This document shows, piece by piece, positions 39,102 through 53,706 of a stretch of 64,000 nt of DNA. How positions within the stretch are numbered: the stretch's first letter is position 1; the number at the start of each line of letters is the position of its first letter. The position numbers and the translations under genes were made by a program. The notes under the pieces were generated by a model. It made no database searches. It was not told where the DNA came from and saw only the letters and a list, made by a program, of their open reading frames with translations. This DNA is from the human T2T-CHM13v2.0 reference genome, Homo sapiens. Location: NCBI RefSeq assembly GCF_009914755.1, contig NC_060926.1. One strand, given 5' to 3'.

Positions 39102-39632
39102 AGGTTAAGGATTTAAAAAATATATATGAAGAGTAAACTAGCACAGATTAGGAAAGAAACAGAAGAGAAATATAAAATCATTCCATAATAAAAGTAATAT
39201 TATAAGAGTCAATTAGGAGAATAAACTCTTGAAAACAGGTAAGATAGTTAACAAAGAAAAAAAGGCTTGAGAAAAATGTGCCTCATAAACTGGAAGAGGA
39301 TCATAAAATATTACAGGATTGAAGATGGAGTGATTGTTCTAGAAGAGAGAGAAATGATATTTTAAAAACTCTAATAATAACTGTGGATGAACTAAAAACA
39401 TAAATGGAAGAACAAACTTATTCCCACATATAATTAAAAAAAAATTCTATAAAAAAAAAAGATCCACATGTAGAAAATGCAGAATAGTTCAGGAAAAAAA
39501 AAATACAGAATTATCAACACTTACACATAACTTGGTGAAATAATGTTTGAAAATATAAAGACAAAGCCATGTCATCCTGAGATAATGTAATTAATTTTAG
39601 TCATATGGTTTCCATTAAAAAATTTATAAACG

Positions 39633-39759
39633 GGCTGGCTGCCGTGGCTCATTCCTGTAATCGTAGCACTTTGGGAGTCCAAAGCAGGAGGATCACTTGA
39701 GCCCAAGAGTTTGAGACCAGCAGAGGCAACATGGTGAAACCTCGTCTCTACAAAAAAAA

Positions 39760-39760
<1 letters not shown>
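39633..39760 (+). mobile_element. Alu left monomer (FLAM_C or AluJ left arm)
   Basis: GGCTGGCTGCCGTGGCTCA...GGAGGATCACTTGAGCCCAAGAGTTTGAGACCAG...CTCTACAAAAAAA, running straight into the TA repeat. Confidence 0.9.
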
Positions 39761-40843
<1,083 letters not shown>

Positions 40844-41544
40844 AAAAATACTTTTATGAATGCCAACTATCAAACTGGAAAACTTGTTTAAAAAATAAAA
40901 TATCAACTATTGGCAATGAAAAAGATCCTTCACACTCCTTTTCCTCGAAAGAGAAAAATCATACAAACCTTTCACAATACTCACTACTTTTATAAAAAAC
41001 CAAATCCAAATCCCAGGAAAAAAATTTGTGAAACAGTTGTTCAAAGCCTAACAATTAGGAGCATTATGACTGCAAATTTCTAACCATGAGAGAATGATTA
41101 ACTGTGGCATATACACCAGGAAGAGTATTATACAAAGTTTAAAAGTAGTGCTTCAAATACGTAAAAAAGAAATAAAATATACATGAGATAATATTGAGAG
41201 GCAAAAATTCTTTATACAATACTATAATAAACTGTATAACTATATATACTATATAACTATAAACTATAAAATAGTTTATAGAATACTCAAGCATTAGCAA
41301 ATACATTGGAAAGTAAATTAAAATAATAACACAATGAAGCAAAGTTGGGCTGATCCCAGAAACCAAAAGATGTTTCAATACTAAAACTTCTAAAATTAGA
41401 TCAATAATACACAAAGGTAACTGGATAAAAATGATAAAACATGTAACTATAAAACAAGTCATCATTAATATAGATTGGAAAAAGCACTGGACAGGATACA
41501 TAATGTGTTCTGGACTAAAACGGATATATAAGCAGGTTCCAGTA

Positions 41545-41840
41545 TGTATCAAGCATGTCTTTTTTCTTTCCTGATGCTTTGAAATCTTGGGTCCTTGCTG
41601 ACCCTGGAACAACTGCCCTTCTCAGGGCCAGCCAATTCTTAGAGGTAGCACAGGACTCACCCACAAGCATGACCTTCATATGCAAACCAAGCAAATCCAG
41701 AGTCTACACTTCAACCACCTCCTTATGGAGCTCTTATGCTTTAGGCCACTATCCACCTAATCTAATCATTCCAGGATCAGGTACCAGACAACTAGGGCCA
41801 GGCCCTCTACCCCAGAGCCTGTTGAAATTATTCAAACTAG
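41545..41840 (+). mobile_element. MER74-like ERVL LTR, 5' half
   Basis: TGTATCAAGCATGT...CCTTGCTGACCCTGGA...GCCAATTCTTAGAG...CATATGCAAACCAA...GGTACCAGACAACTAGGG...GAAATTATTCAAACTAG. Confidence 0.8.
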
Positions 41841-41844
41841 GAAT

Positions 41845-43230
41845 AAGTGTATAAGAACCAAATTTCTTGCAGATCACAACTATAAACTCTGGGCAAAACA
41901 AATAAGCAAGCAATCAAACAAACACGAAACATGCTTTAGGGCTCTCAGGAATAAACAAAAGCAGGATGGTATTTGAGGGGTGTAAAAATTTAGAGAAAGC
42001 AAGGAGAGAATGAGGAGTTAATTTCCTGCATCTGTGATGTTGATCTGAGGATAGTCACAGTCACAACGTAGCACAGGTTGATAAAACAATGTAGAAAGCC
42101 TATAATTTTTCTGACCAGAGACACTAGGGAAGGATCTTGAAACACCAGACCTACTAGAAAGTAATGGGGCAAATCTAAAGTGAGAAAATCAGAAAAGGAG
42201 AATTCCACACTCTGTGCATATAGGGGTTTGTGCGTGTTTTTGTTTGTCTGTGTGTGTTTGTATGTGTGCATTTGTCTAGATATGTTACCAAGTCTCTGGT
42301 GGGCCTCAAGCATACCTGTAGAAGACTGTAAGATGCTCATGTTGTGGTCCACCACAGGCAAGACAGAGCTTGCAGTCTGCAGTCTGAGTCTAACCAAGTA
42401 AAATAGCTGCTAAAACAAAATCGTCAATAGGCTTTGAAGGAATGTAACAGAATCCAGAGCATCCACAACAAAATATTCACAATGTCCAGAAGATAATCCC
42501 AAATACTCAATATACGAACAACCAAAAAAATGTGGTTTATCTTTCTTAAGGGAAAATAAAATCAACAACAGCAAACCTTAAATTAACACAGATGTTAGAA
42601 TTACCAGACAATAACTTCGAATGCTCTTTAAAAACTAAACTTGAGAAGGATAATAATAATAGTATACATGCTTCTAATAAAATAAGAGACAAAATATCAG
42701 CAGAAAATTAAAATATATATGAAAGAGGCAAATTAAAATTTTTAAAAAATATATACACTTTTATATTTAAAATTTCACCAGCTGGATTTAATAGATGATG
42801 ATATTAAAATAAACTATGAGACAAATTGAAAATAAATCAATAGTAATTAACAAAGAAATAGCAGCAATGATAAAAATAAATGAAAAAGGAAAAAACATTA
42901 AAAAAATGAGCCAAGCCAAGGGCCTATAGGATAATGTCAGAAGGACTAACAAATAGATGATAAGCTCAGCAAATTAAAAACAGAATAAACATGAAGAAAA
43001 TCATGAGTCAAATGATGAAAAGAAAAAAAGCAAAGCAAAACAAAATCAAACTTTGACAGTTGCCAGAGAAAAACACTTAAATCAAATGGTAAAAGAATTT
43101 ATGGCACTATGAACATTGCTTCAGGAAGTATTAACCAGTGATATTGAAACAAGTCTTTCAAGTACTGAAAAAAAATGCAAACCCAGAATTCTATACCTGG
43201 CAAAGATATCCTTCAAAAATGAAGCCAAAG
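41845..43230 (+). mobile_element. Ancient L1M 5'UTR/ORF1 remnant
   Basis: AACAGAATCCAGAG...TTCACAATGTCCAG, CAGATGTTAGAATTACCAGACA, AACCCAGAATTCTATACCTGGCAAAGATATCCTTCAAAAATGAAG. Confidence 0.75.
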
Positions 43231-43239
43231 ATACCAACT

Positions 43240-44120
43240 AGATTGATGTTAGTCAAAGTGGAAGAGTAAGAATCTCTGAAAATTTTCTCTCTGGTATAAG
43301 CAAGGGAAAAAACAAACAAAAAAAATGTTAGAAACAATTTTGTCAACACTCTGGAAAAGAGCCAAAGGCTTACAGCAACCCAGAGAGAATTTAGTTAAAA
43401 ACAAACAAACAAAAACCCAGCAAATCATGGTAAGAAAAGTGACAGTGAGCTTTGTTGCATTTTAACTTAACCTAGTCTCCTCTACCACTCTCCAGTAGCC
43501 TTAAAAACTAAAGCTTGCATTTTTGGTACGAAAGAGAGAACAGATCAAGCTCTTGAAAACCCTCATCTTCAAAGAATAGTCATTTTTTTTATCTGTCTCT
43601 GACTCCTAGGAAGACCTTACTAAATATGCTTGTCTTTATTTTTCCTCACTCCTACTCACCTAGTTCTAAAAGCCTCTCCTCAGGGATTGTTTGTTGATAA
43701 CAAGACTGCCTGAAGTGAGAGATTACAGTTGGGAAAATAAAAGTCTAACCAAAAAGCTTAAAAAGAAAAGCTGAGAAATAAAATGACCATAGGGGTTTTG
43801 AAATTATCCGACATATTCATGGGAATCTAGAGGTCACACATGTGCATAGGGCTGTGTGTGTTTTCAGGAAAGACTGGAGAAGACCCTACTCTCACCTTTG
43901 GCTGACATTGAGGCTCTGTACAAACAGCATTCTAAATGGCCTGACCAAGTGTTGAAGACATGCCCCAACACACACACAGCCCCCCTGCAGGCTGAGAGAC
44001 TTATGGATCCCAGCATTCCAAGAAATCACTGTCCACTCAACAGATGACATGTAGAATAGGAAATTCGGTGGCCACACTTGACAATGATACAGATTTTATA
44101 GAATTAGCTTGGAAACACTA
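43240..44120 (+). mobile_element. Second ancient L1M (L1MC-type) 5' end
   Basis: AACACTCTGGAAAAGAGCCAAAGGCTTACAGCAACC, GGGAATCTAGAGGTCACACATGTGCATAGGGCTG, GGAAAGACTGGAGAAGACCCTA. Confidence 0.6.
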
Positions 44121-44149
44121 AACACACAAACAACAAAAAATTAAATAAG

Positions 44150-44760
44150 CAAAAACAGTAAAAGCAAATGTATGAAAAAGATATACTATGTAAATAGTAA
44201 TAAAAAGAGAGCTGGAAAACATACAAATAACAGAGAAAATAGACTTTCAGACAACAATTCTTACATGAGGCATGTAACAATATTTTAAACAGTAAAATGG
44301 TTATTCCATCAAGAAGATATAAAAAATTTAAACATATATGCATGTAAACATATATGCATGCACACAGTACATGAAGCCAACAAAATGAGTTAAAGGGAAA
44401 AATAGACAATTCAATAAGTGGGATATTTCAAAATCTTAATTTTAATAATGGATATAATAACATAGAATATTAACCTGGAAAAAAGACTGGAAAAACATTG
44501 TATCCAAATAAATCTTACAGACATCTATAGAAATAGAACAGTCCACCCAGCAATAACAGAACACACAGTCTTCTCAATTGCACATGGAACATTCCCCAGG
44601 GTAGACCATATGTCAGGCCTTAAAGCAAGTCTCAATACCTTAAAAAGGAGTGAAATGACACTATGTTCTGTGACAACAATGGAATGAAATTAGAAAGGAG
44701 TAATAGAAGGATATTTGGGAAATTAAACAACACACTCCCAAATAAACAAATCTCAAATAT
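44150..44760 (+). mobile_element. L1M ORF2 endonuclease-region remnant
   Basis: AAAATAGACTTTCAGACA, CATCAAGAAGATATA, GGAAAAATAGACAATTC, GCACATGGAACATTCCCCAGGGTAGACCATATG, CAATGGAATGAAATTAGAAA. Confidence 0.8.
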
Positions 44761-46109
44761 AATTGTTGAGAGCATTAGTGAGCCAGAAGCTGCCTGTTGG
44801 ACATGAACAGAAAGAGATACAGGGAAGAGGGCAGATTGAGAGTACAAAGAGGAAAGAGCCCTCTTGCCATACGGAGGAAGTGGGAAGTACATGATGTACA
44901 GCTGAGGATTTTGTTTAACTGCCTATGAAACAAACAAATTGGAACAAATCACTCAGTATAGAAAAACAAAGAAACAAACAACACCTTAGTCTCTATTTAT
45001 GTATTTGTTTTGAGTGGGTAAAAATTGTCAGTGTTTATATGGTAACTAAGTTATAGGCAGACATTTTTATCTTATTTCTCCAGTCTGTGAGAATTTCAAA
45101 CAAGATCTGAAATTTTAGAGACCTAAATATGATGTGAGGTATACAGTCTAGCTAAACTTTATATAAAATGGAAACTTTTATTTTCCATTTAGAGAAAACA
45201 TGTTGAATAATGAAATTGGCACTGTTAGTATAGCCTTCTGAAATACTCGAAGTGGCATTCTTCTGAAAAAGGAATATGAAATAAGTAAACGGGCTTTTTT
45301 CTTTAAAAAATAAGGTTTCTAGCGATATTTCTAATCTGTTATATTTATAAACACAATGTCTTAAGTCAAGTACATGTTTGCAACTCATCTTTTAAATATT
45401 GTCTTGCAATAGACATGTATTTCAAGTAAGTAAATTATAGCGTAAATTTAGACATCCAATTGGAAAATACTTTCATTGCATTTCTGAAATGTGAAAAAAA
45501 TGCTATCTTTTCATGGGCCAGAAGCTCTGTCCATGTGTATGTATGCACACATGTATGTGTGCACGTGTGTGTGACATTTCACCATGCATGTTCATGCCCA
45601 CTCACATACACCTTACAGACACCTATAGAACAGTCCACCCAGCAACAATAGAGCACACAGTCTTCTCAGTTGCACATGGAACATTGCCTAGGACACTGTG
45701 TTCTTTTTTATTTCAGAGGAAAATCCAGGTGTAGCTTGTGATGGGTGTAATCTGCACTTCAACCACAGTAAAACGTTAGAAATTGCTAGGCACTTGTTTC
45801 TATTGGTCTCATCTTCCTTTAACGTCTAGTCTAGTTGTGGCCAGTGTTGATCTTAGTAAGAATAGGTCAGGAACAACTGGAACCCATGTTGCTTCGCTAC
45901 AAGGGATGGTAATCTTTGTGTAGAATCTGGCTGAGTAGGTGCTCTTTGCCCTCCTAAATAACGAGGTTTACTGAGTGTAACAATAATTTACAGAACTCTT
46001 CCTTCAAAGCAAAGAGTTTGTAACTTGATGTCAAATAATGCCACAGCAAATAGTATACAGCTTTAATGGTTACAGCAGCACAAGTTTGGGCTTTCTCCCA
46101 GGGTACTAA

Positions 46110-46462
<353 letters not shown>

Positions 46463-46628
46463 TAGCAATAGTGGGAAACAAGAACAAATGTAACGTGAAA
46501 GAGAAAGTGAAAGTCCTCAAACAAGAGGACTGCCAAATACAAGTATTTGTAACCTGAGCAGTCACAAAGCGTAGTAACGGGCTTTGAACAACTTACGGCG
46601 TGATACCATGACCTTTTGCAGCATACCT

Positions 46629-46676
46629 AGGAAGGAGAGGAGCAGAGAGAGAGGAGAGGAGAGGAGAGGAGAGGGA
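46629..46676. repeat. (GGAGA)n purine-rich repeat
   Basis: Directly visible. Confidence 0.8.
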
Positions 46677-48769
46677 TATGGAAATGCTGAGGATACAAGA
46701 GCAGAGCAAAGATGACTTAGCCATTCACCCCTGGCTGAAGTGCCAAGGTCAGGATTAGTTATAAAACAACAATAATACCCACAAATTGTATGTGGCTTAG
46801 GTTTTGCATAAATACACAAAGGAAAACCAAAAGCCTAATGATTTATTTACCAAATGAGCCAATTATTCTCTTCTATTAAAGAGCCCAGTTGCAGAATTAT
46901 AATCACATGTGATCTGAAATAGCAATAGTCTACTAGACTATTAATTGTCCGGTTTTAGGACTAGATTCCAAATAGAGATGAATTGTGCTTGCTTTTCAAA
47001 CCAAGGTGAGGTAGACGGCCGTATGAGCAACCCCCAAAAGTGGTTAAGTTTAATGTCACTCTCCAAATCCCCAAATTAATTAGAATTTCTGCAGTTCATA
47101 TACTTTTCTCCAATATGCATATTAAAGATATATGTTCATCTACGTTTGGATTATGAACAAAAGCATCTTTATAATTGAATATAATAAACTCAGTTTATGA
47201 AACATAAATTTTATATATATATGCAACTAAAAAGTATCCTGCTTTTAAATCCCCAAACCTATAACACGTTGGAAATTTATTCAAATTTTAAAAGCAATTC
47301 AAGTTCTGAGAGAATATTCTTTATGCTTTTTCTTGTTTCTAACTAGAATATTGGATTTTTCCATATATTTAATCCTATCATAATATTTTCATTAATATAA
47401 GAAAAGGGACAAATTATCTCTGGTAATTACTTTTAAAAATAGAAAGTATCAAACTACAAATTAATTAAGCAAATTTTTTAATGTTCTTAAATATGGAAAA
47501 AAAATTATGTCAAAGAATCCCTATAAAAGCATAGGCTGCAAAAGGTATATTAGCTTGTTATTTTTCTAAAATTATCATTGTAGTAATAATTTCAGAGGTC
47601 CATTTACTATTAAATATTACTTAGTGTCTTGGAAAGTTAATCTTCTGAGTAACTTAATGTTCTAGTTAATTTAAAGTTAATACATTAAAAAATGTAATTT
47701 GGGGTAATGTAGGATGGCCATTAACAAAATTGACATAATGTGTAGGTGACAATCACAGTGATCTATTTTCTGTCCCTTTTATAACTCTCAGTTTCAAACA
47801 AGACAGATATACTTAGAGCTTTAACTCTGCCAAGGCCTTGCTGAATAAAAGCTGACACTGTGGTACCTGGAACTCCCTCTTTCTCTACATCAGTGGGGAG
47901 CAGGTCGGAGTCACCCAAGGATACCTGGGGTGCGTGGGGCTACAAGACATGTTATTACCGTGCTCAGAGCTCCTGAGCTCCCTCACAGGATGGGGCCCCT
48001 GGTTCCTGGCTTTCATCTCAGGGCCTGACTTGGACATTAATTCTGTCTTGAACTGAAATCTAGCTGCCTGAATTTCAGAACTCCTTGCCTAGTCCTTGCC
48101 AATAACTTCACGCTAAAGCCTGGTCCTGGTTTTTGGAATTTTAAAATTTAGTTTGTATGGACCTCCTGATCTGTGATTCCAGAATGTGTCTAATTCCCCA
48201 CTCATGGCTGCCCCCATGTTCTCCCCCGACCCTCTTGGAGGCTGATCCTTACCCAGTCCAGATAAATCTGGGGTTAGCTCAGGCCTCTGAATAGGGAAAC
48301 ATCTCATTTTGGTAAGATCTTCCAGCTCCTGTGCCATGTTGTGCTGACATCTTCATATCTCTCACAAGTGATAACTGAATTTGCTGCACACCTGGGTGCA
48401 TGTGATTTATCACACTTAACAAACACAATATGTGGAATTTTTGAAGACTGATATTTTTCAAAGATCAGCCCCAATCTCACCCATATCCCAATAGACTTGC
48501 TACTGAAGTTTTTGGTCACGAGGATCACTCCTTGGATTAATACAATATTCTTAGATCTATTCCAAAAGTATTAACAGAAAGAAATAACAGTTGTTAACAT
48601 CCATTATCACATGCAGCAGAGTCCTAAAGAAATAAGGTACAAGATAGGAACAATTTTATTTATTCATTCCAAATATATATCTTGAACATCTGATATATGC
48701 AAGTCTCTGGGCTAGACACAGTAAAGAGAAAATGGATTGGTGGTGAGCTCAGAATAAGCTGAAACTTGG

Positions 48770-49250
48770 TATAATATACAGTTGGTAAATTGTACTAATA
48801 TTAAAGTTACTATGAGATGAATTTCTACATCACACAGTTATACATTCATAACTATCTCCAAGATGAAAATATAGAACATTCACATCACACTGGAAAACTC
48901 CCTCATGAGCCTTCCCAGTCAGTATCCACCTCCTCCCCCACAGTAACCTTTATTTTTATTTCTATCATCACGTATAAATTTTGCCTATTCTTGTGTTTCT
49001 TACTAATGTGTCTTGCTTCTTTAACTGAGCATTATATATCTGTGAAATTCATTCATGTTATTATGTCTAATAGTAGGTAATTTTTTTCTTTTTCGTTACT
49101 GTGTAGTTTTCCATCATATGGATATGCCACAGATTGCCTAGTTTACTACTGATAGATTTTTGGGCTATTTGTAGTTTAGGGATATTATAAATAAAGCTGC
49201 TATGTATATTCTTATACATTTCATTCAGATGCGTACTTCTGTTTCACTAT
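48770..49250 (-). mobile_element. L1ME/MB 3' end
   Basis: AATATAGAACATTCACATCAC, CTTCCCAGTCA, GTGAAATTCATTCATGTT, TTATAAATAAAGCTGCTATG. Confidence 0.75.
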
Positions 49251-49294
49251 CTCAAGAGTGAAAAGAAAAATATGTAAGTCCACTGTTACAATAG

Positions 49295-49676
<382 letters not shown>

Positions 49677-49814
49677 AAGATTCATATTTAACCCACCTGG
49701 ATCTCAAGGAATTCAACCTAATAGCTAAGACAGATAACTAAGACACAAACTGTTTTTCCCCTCCCTTTCTTCCTTTTTTCTCTTTCTTCTTTGCTTTTTT
49801 CTTTCTCCTTTACT

Positions 49815-50345
49815 CAACCATTTGAGAATAACCTACAGAGATCCTATCCCTTTGCCCTCAATAATCTTGCTTGTATCTCCTAAAAACAAAGACATTATTT
49901 TACATAATCACAGTGCAGTTACACATTTCAGAAATTTTAGCACAGATACAATACTATTATCTAACACGCAGTCCATTTTCAAATGTTGCTGATTATTCCA
50001 TTATTGCTCCTTACAGAGACCGTTTCTTTTTCTTTTTTTTTTTCAGGGTACACTTTAGTGTCACATGGTTCTCCAAGTTTCCTTTGGGGTTTTTGTTTGT
50101 TTGTTGTTTTTGTTTTTTATTTGCAAAGTATAAGCTTGTTTCATTTTAGAATACCCCTCATAAGTTTGTCTGATTTTGTCTTATGATTCAATTGAAGTTA
50201 TGCACTTGGGGCAAGAACTGCAATACTTCAACAATAACGCAGTGTCTTTCCCAGTGTCTCACACCAAACAGCATCTGATGTCATTAACATTGATAAAATT
50301 AGTATTTTCTGTAATGTTAATTTTGACATCTTGGTTAAGAGAATG
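49815..50345 (-). mobile_element. L1MC4/5-type 3' end
   Basis: AACCATTTGAGA, TCCTAAAAACAAAGACATT...ACATAATCACAGT, GATACAATACTATTATCTAA, TTTTAGAATACCCCTCA. Confidence 0.75.
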
Positions 50346-51124
50346 TCTGGAACATAATATGTATAGATTTAAAAAACTCTAACAATATAATGTTTGAAGA
50401 CATTAAAAAAAACAAAAATTCTGTGTTAGAAAAAATAATTCACCTCCAGATACAGTCCTTTCATTGTAAAATGTAAAAATGAAGATAAACAAATAAAAAA
50501 GAAAAATCATACTTCTCAAAACAGGTGACTATTGTTAACATTCTGATGTAAAGGTATATACCCTTCAGGTTTCTTTTTTCTCATAGTAGTATAGATATAC
50601 ATACTTACAGATTTGTAGTTTTTATAAAAATAGTATCACATTTTACAAAATCAATTTTCTTAATCTTTATGGTGAACATCCTTCTGAAGTAATCATTAAG
50701 CTTCTACAGTGTCACCTTGATACTTCATAATATTTCATTTGCTTTACTTTTATCTGTAGAAGACAGGATAAATGTAAAAAAGGAAGAAATTTGAGACATA
50801 ATTTATGAGGCACATACATCTATATGCTTTTTTGCTGTTGTTTGTTTGGCCTTATGTGTTCATAACATCTTTTTCATCTTTCATTTGGGATTTAATTGGA
50901 TCTCCACCAACCTTCAAATTTCCTTTAATGACTCAGTTATTCTGGAGATGCCAATTGGTCAGTTCAAAGAATAAGAAAGATGATAGTGAAGGAGAGAGAG
51001 GAAACATAACATTGGCTAAATAGTGTTAATTAAAAAGAAAATCTGTATTTTCTTATTCTTTCTAAGTAAGAAACGTTTGGTTGTATTTGGTATTGCCAAC
51101 AGGACTTGGTGAATGTTGTGTGTC

Positions 51125-51128
<4 letters not shown>

Positions 51129-51155
<27 letters not shown>
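51129..51155. repeat. (TG)n microsatellite
   Basis: Directly visible. Confidence 0.9.
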
Positions 51156-52289
51156 ATACACCTTTTTCCTTTCCATTAATATGTGATCATATCTAGAGAA
51201 TATCATGAACATAGTTTGCAGCTTATTCAAAAACTAAACAAAAATACCGGTTTCAGAAAAATCACACTATCAACAGTGTACGGTCTGGTTGAAAACAATA
51301 GCAACTCTTAACAGGGGCTAGAATGCCTTTGTAAAGTGTTTCAGTAACCTGATACCTGAGAGTCTAGCTAACAGGAAACAAAGATGAAGACAGTAAAACT
51401 ACTCGGGGCGGTGGAGGGTGGGTGTAAGCAGAGGTAAGCAGAGGTGAGAGAAAGAGAGCAAGCCAAAGTGTTAGGAATCTCGCTTCAAAAATATGGCACT
51501 TATAAAAGAAAATTGATTCAGAAGAAAAGCATCATAGTAAATAGAAAATCCATAAGCCATATCACCAAGCGTACAATCTCTGGAGAGAATAGAAGCTTCC
51601 TACATATGGAATGGGGTTTGAGCCAATTCCATTGAATCTAAAAGTGTGGGCTACTTTAGTTAATAGTTGGTTGATGCCTGAATTATAGGGAACACAGTGT
51701 GTGACTAGAAGTCTGAATTAAAAAGAAGTAGGGTTTAAAAAAAAAAGCCAATTATTTAACCAATTAGCTACATAGTCATGTGGGAAAATGCTAACTCTGT
51801 TTCTCAATTTTTCCTTCTACAAAACAGATATGACCACCTGACTCACGTAACCTACATAATCACCTAAATATCAAATGAGAACTTTTAGAAAAGTGTAAAA
51901 CGTCTTTAGGATGAAAGACATTTAAGAAGAACATACTCAGAAATCAGTGGCAATATGTCAATGCCTGTGATCTAGATTGCAAGCTCCATGTCTTTAGAGC
52001 CAACTGTATTTTGTTCTTATTCACATGAAAGTACACTCAAAATTGGCATGCAAGTAAATAATTCATCTTCTTACCCTTCAGTCTGTATGATGATGACAAC
52101 ATTCTTCACCTAATTGTTCAATGCAGAAACCTAGGCATCCACCTTGACTCACCTCCTTACCTCCATATCTAAGCAGTTGCCAGAGACCATCAAGTCCACC
52201 TGTCTAATTAGTGTACTTCTCCCTATCCCGGTTGCCACAGATTTTATTAAACACTGTGACACCCTCTTTCATAATGCTGCAGCTGATCA

Positions 52290-52545
52290 TAATGTTGATG
52301 ATTAAGGTGATAAGCAAAAGCTTTTATGCCAAGCACAGTATCAAGCACTTTTCACATATTAATTCATTCAATCTCACAGTAACTCTACTACATGGATATA
52401 TGATTTTCTCCATTTTCCAAATGAGGAAACTGAAGCACAGAGATAATCATTAAATAACGTCTTTAAATGAAAGCACTTGGTAAATTGCGAAGCCTGGCTT
52501 AAGTTTGAACAGCCTGACAGTATATCTCACGTTCTTAGACACCAC
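52290..52545 (-). mobile_element. MIR
   Basis: ATGCCAAGCACAGTATCAAGCACTTT...CATTTTCCAAATGAGGAAACTGAAGCACAGAGA. Confidence 0.8.
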
Positions 52546-52959
52546 ATTATAATTAGGATGGCTTCCTTTGCTCTTGTTATCCCTTCAAACTATTTTTCAT
52601 AACAAGCCTAGAATATTATAAGAAATATATAACCATTATTTCTTGACCTCAGGGTAAAAATGCAAATTTCTTTTTAGGACACAAAACACATGGTTCTAGC
52701 TCAGACCTCTGGCCTAATCCCCTGACTACAAGGCATCAGGCTCTACTCATATTGGGCTGTTTTCATTTCTCTGAACACTATTTTGTGTTATCCTGCATCT
52801 GGCAGGCCACTGAATATTCTTTTTTGTCCACAGAGGACACATTCTTTGCCAATTTTGCATGACTAATTTCTACTCATCCTTCAAGTAACTGTTATGCAGT
52901 TCTTCCTCTGGTAAGTCTATCCTGACCGTCTCCCAAGATGGCTTTAAGATTGCTTGCAA

Positions 52960-53706
52960 TGATACAGACAGGAGAGAGAGAAATACTGGGTAGAAGAGGG
53001 CAGTTCACCAGCAAAGACCCCACCCTCAAGCCTGGAAACCCGCGGCCCTAAATAAGAATAGGCGTTTCTGTTCTCACACACGAAAAGTTGCCTTTTGGCC
53101 TGCCACGACCCCCCATTTTATACCCATATAAATTCTGAACCCCAGGCTCCAGAAGGAGTTGAGCAGACAAGCAGACGACGAGACAAGGAGACAAGCAGAT
53201 GAATGGTATAACCACACGGCAAAGAGAGAAGAGGAGGAACGTCTGAACGCTGAGAGGTGTTTGACTGGGGGTGGTCAGAGAGGAGTTCGGCCGCTGGACT
53301 CCAGGGGAATATCATCTTCCCACTCCATCCCCGCTTCTGGGTCCCCATCGATCCTACTGAGAGCCACCTCCACCACTCAATAAAATCCCCACATTCATAC
53401 TTCAAGTCTGTGTGTGACCCAATTCTTCTGGGACGCTGGACAAAAGCTTGGGATACAGAAAGCTGTCACACTGGCCCTCTGCCGTTGCAGAAAGGCAGAG
53501 TCCACTGAGCTGGTTAACACTCAAGCTGTCTGTGGACAGCAAGGCAAAAAGAGCACACTGTAACACATGCCCAGTTGGGCTCCTGCGCCTCTCTGTCTGC
53601 GTGCTCCCCCTCCCATAAGGGGTTTGGGCAGCCATGGCAACAGAACAGACGAGCCACATCCCTTTAGCACATCCTGCAAGAGGGATCAGGGAACTGCCCC
53701 GTTTCA
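52960..53706 (+). mobile_element. MER50-like ERV1 solo LTR, 747 bp
   Basis: Starts TGATACAGACAGGAG...GAAATACTGGGTAGAAGAGGGC and ends CCCGTTTCA; exact 4-bp TSD GCAA (52956-52959 and 53707-53710); TATAAA 53127-53132; AATAAA 53379-53384. Confidence 0.93.

Noticed and set aside
45700-45735. 12-nt microexon after TTCTTTTTTATTTCAG
   Set aside because: The donor CAG/GTGTAG is weak and there is no supporting gene context.
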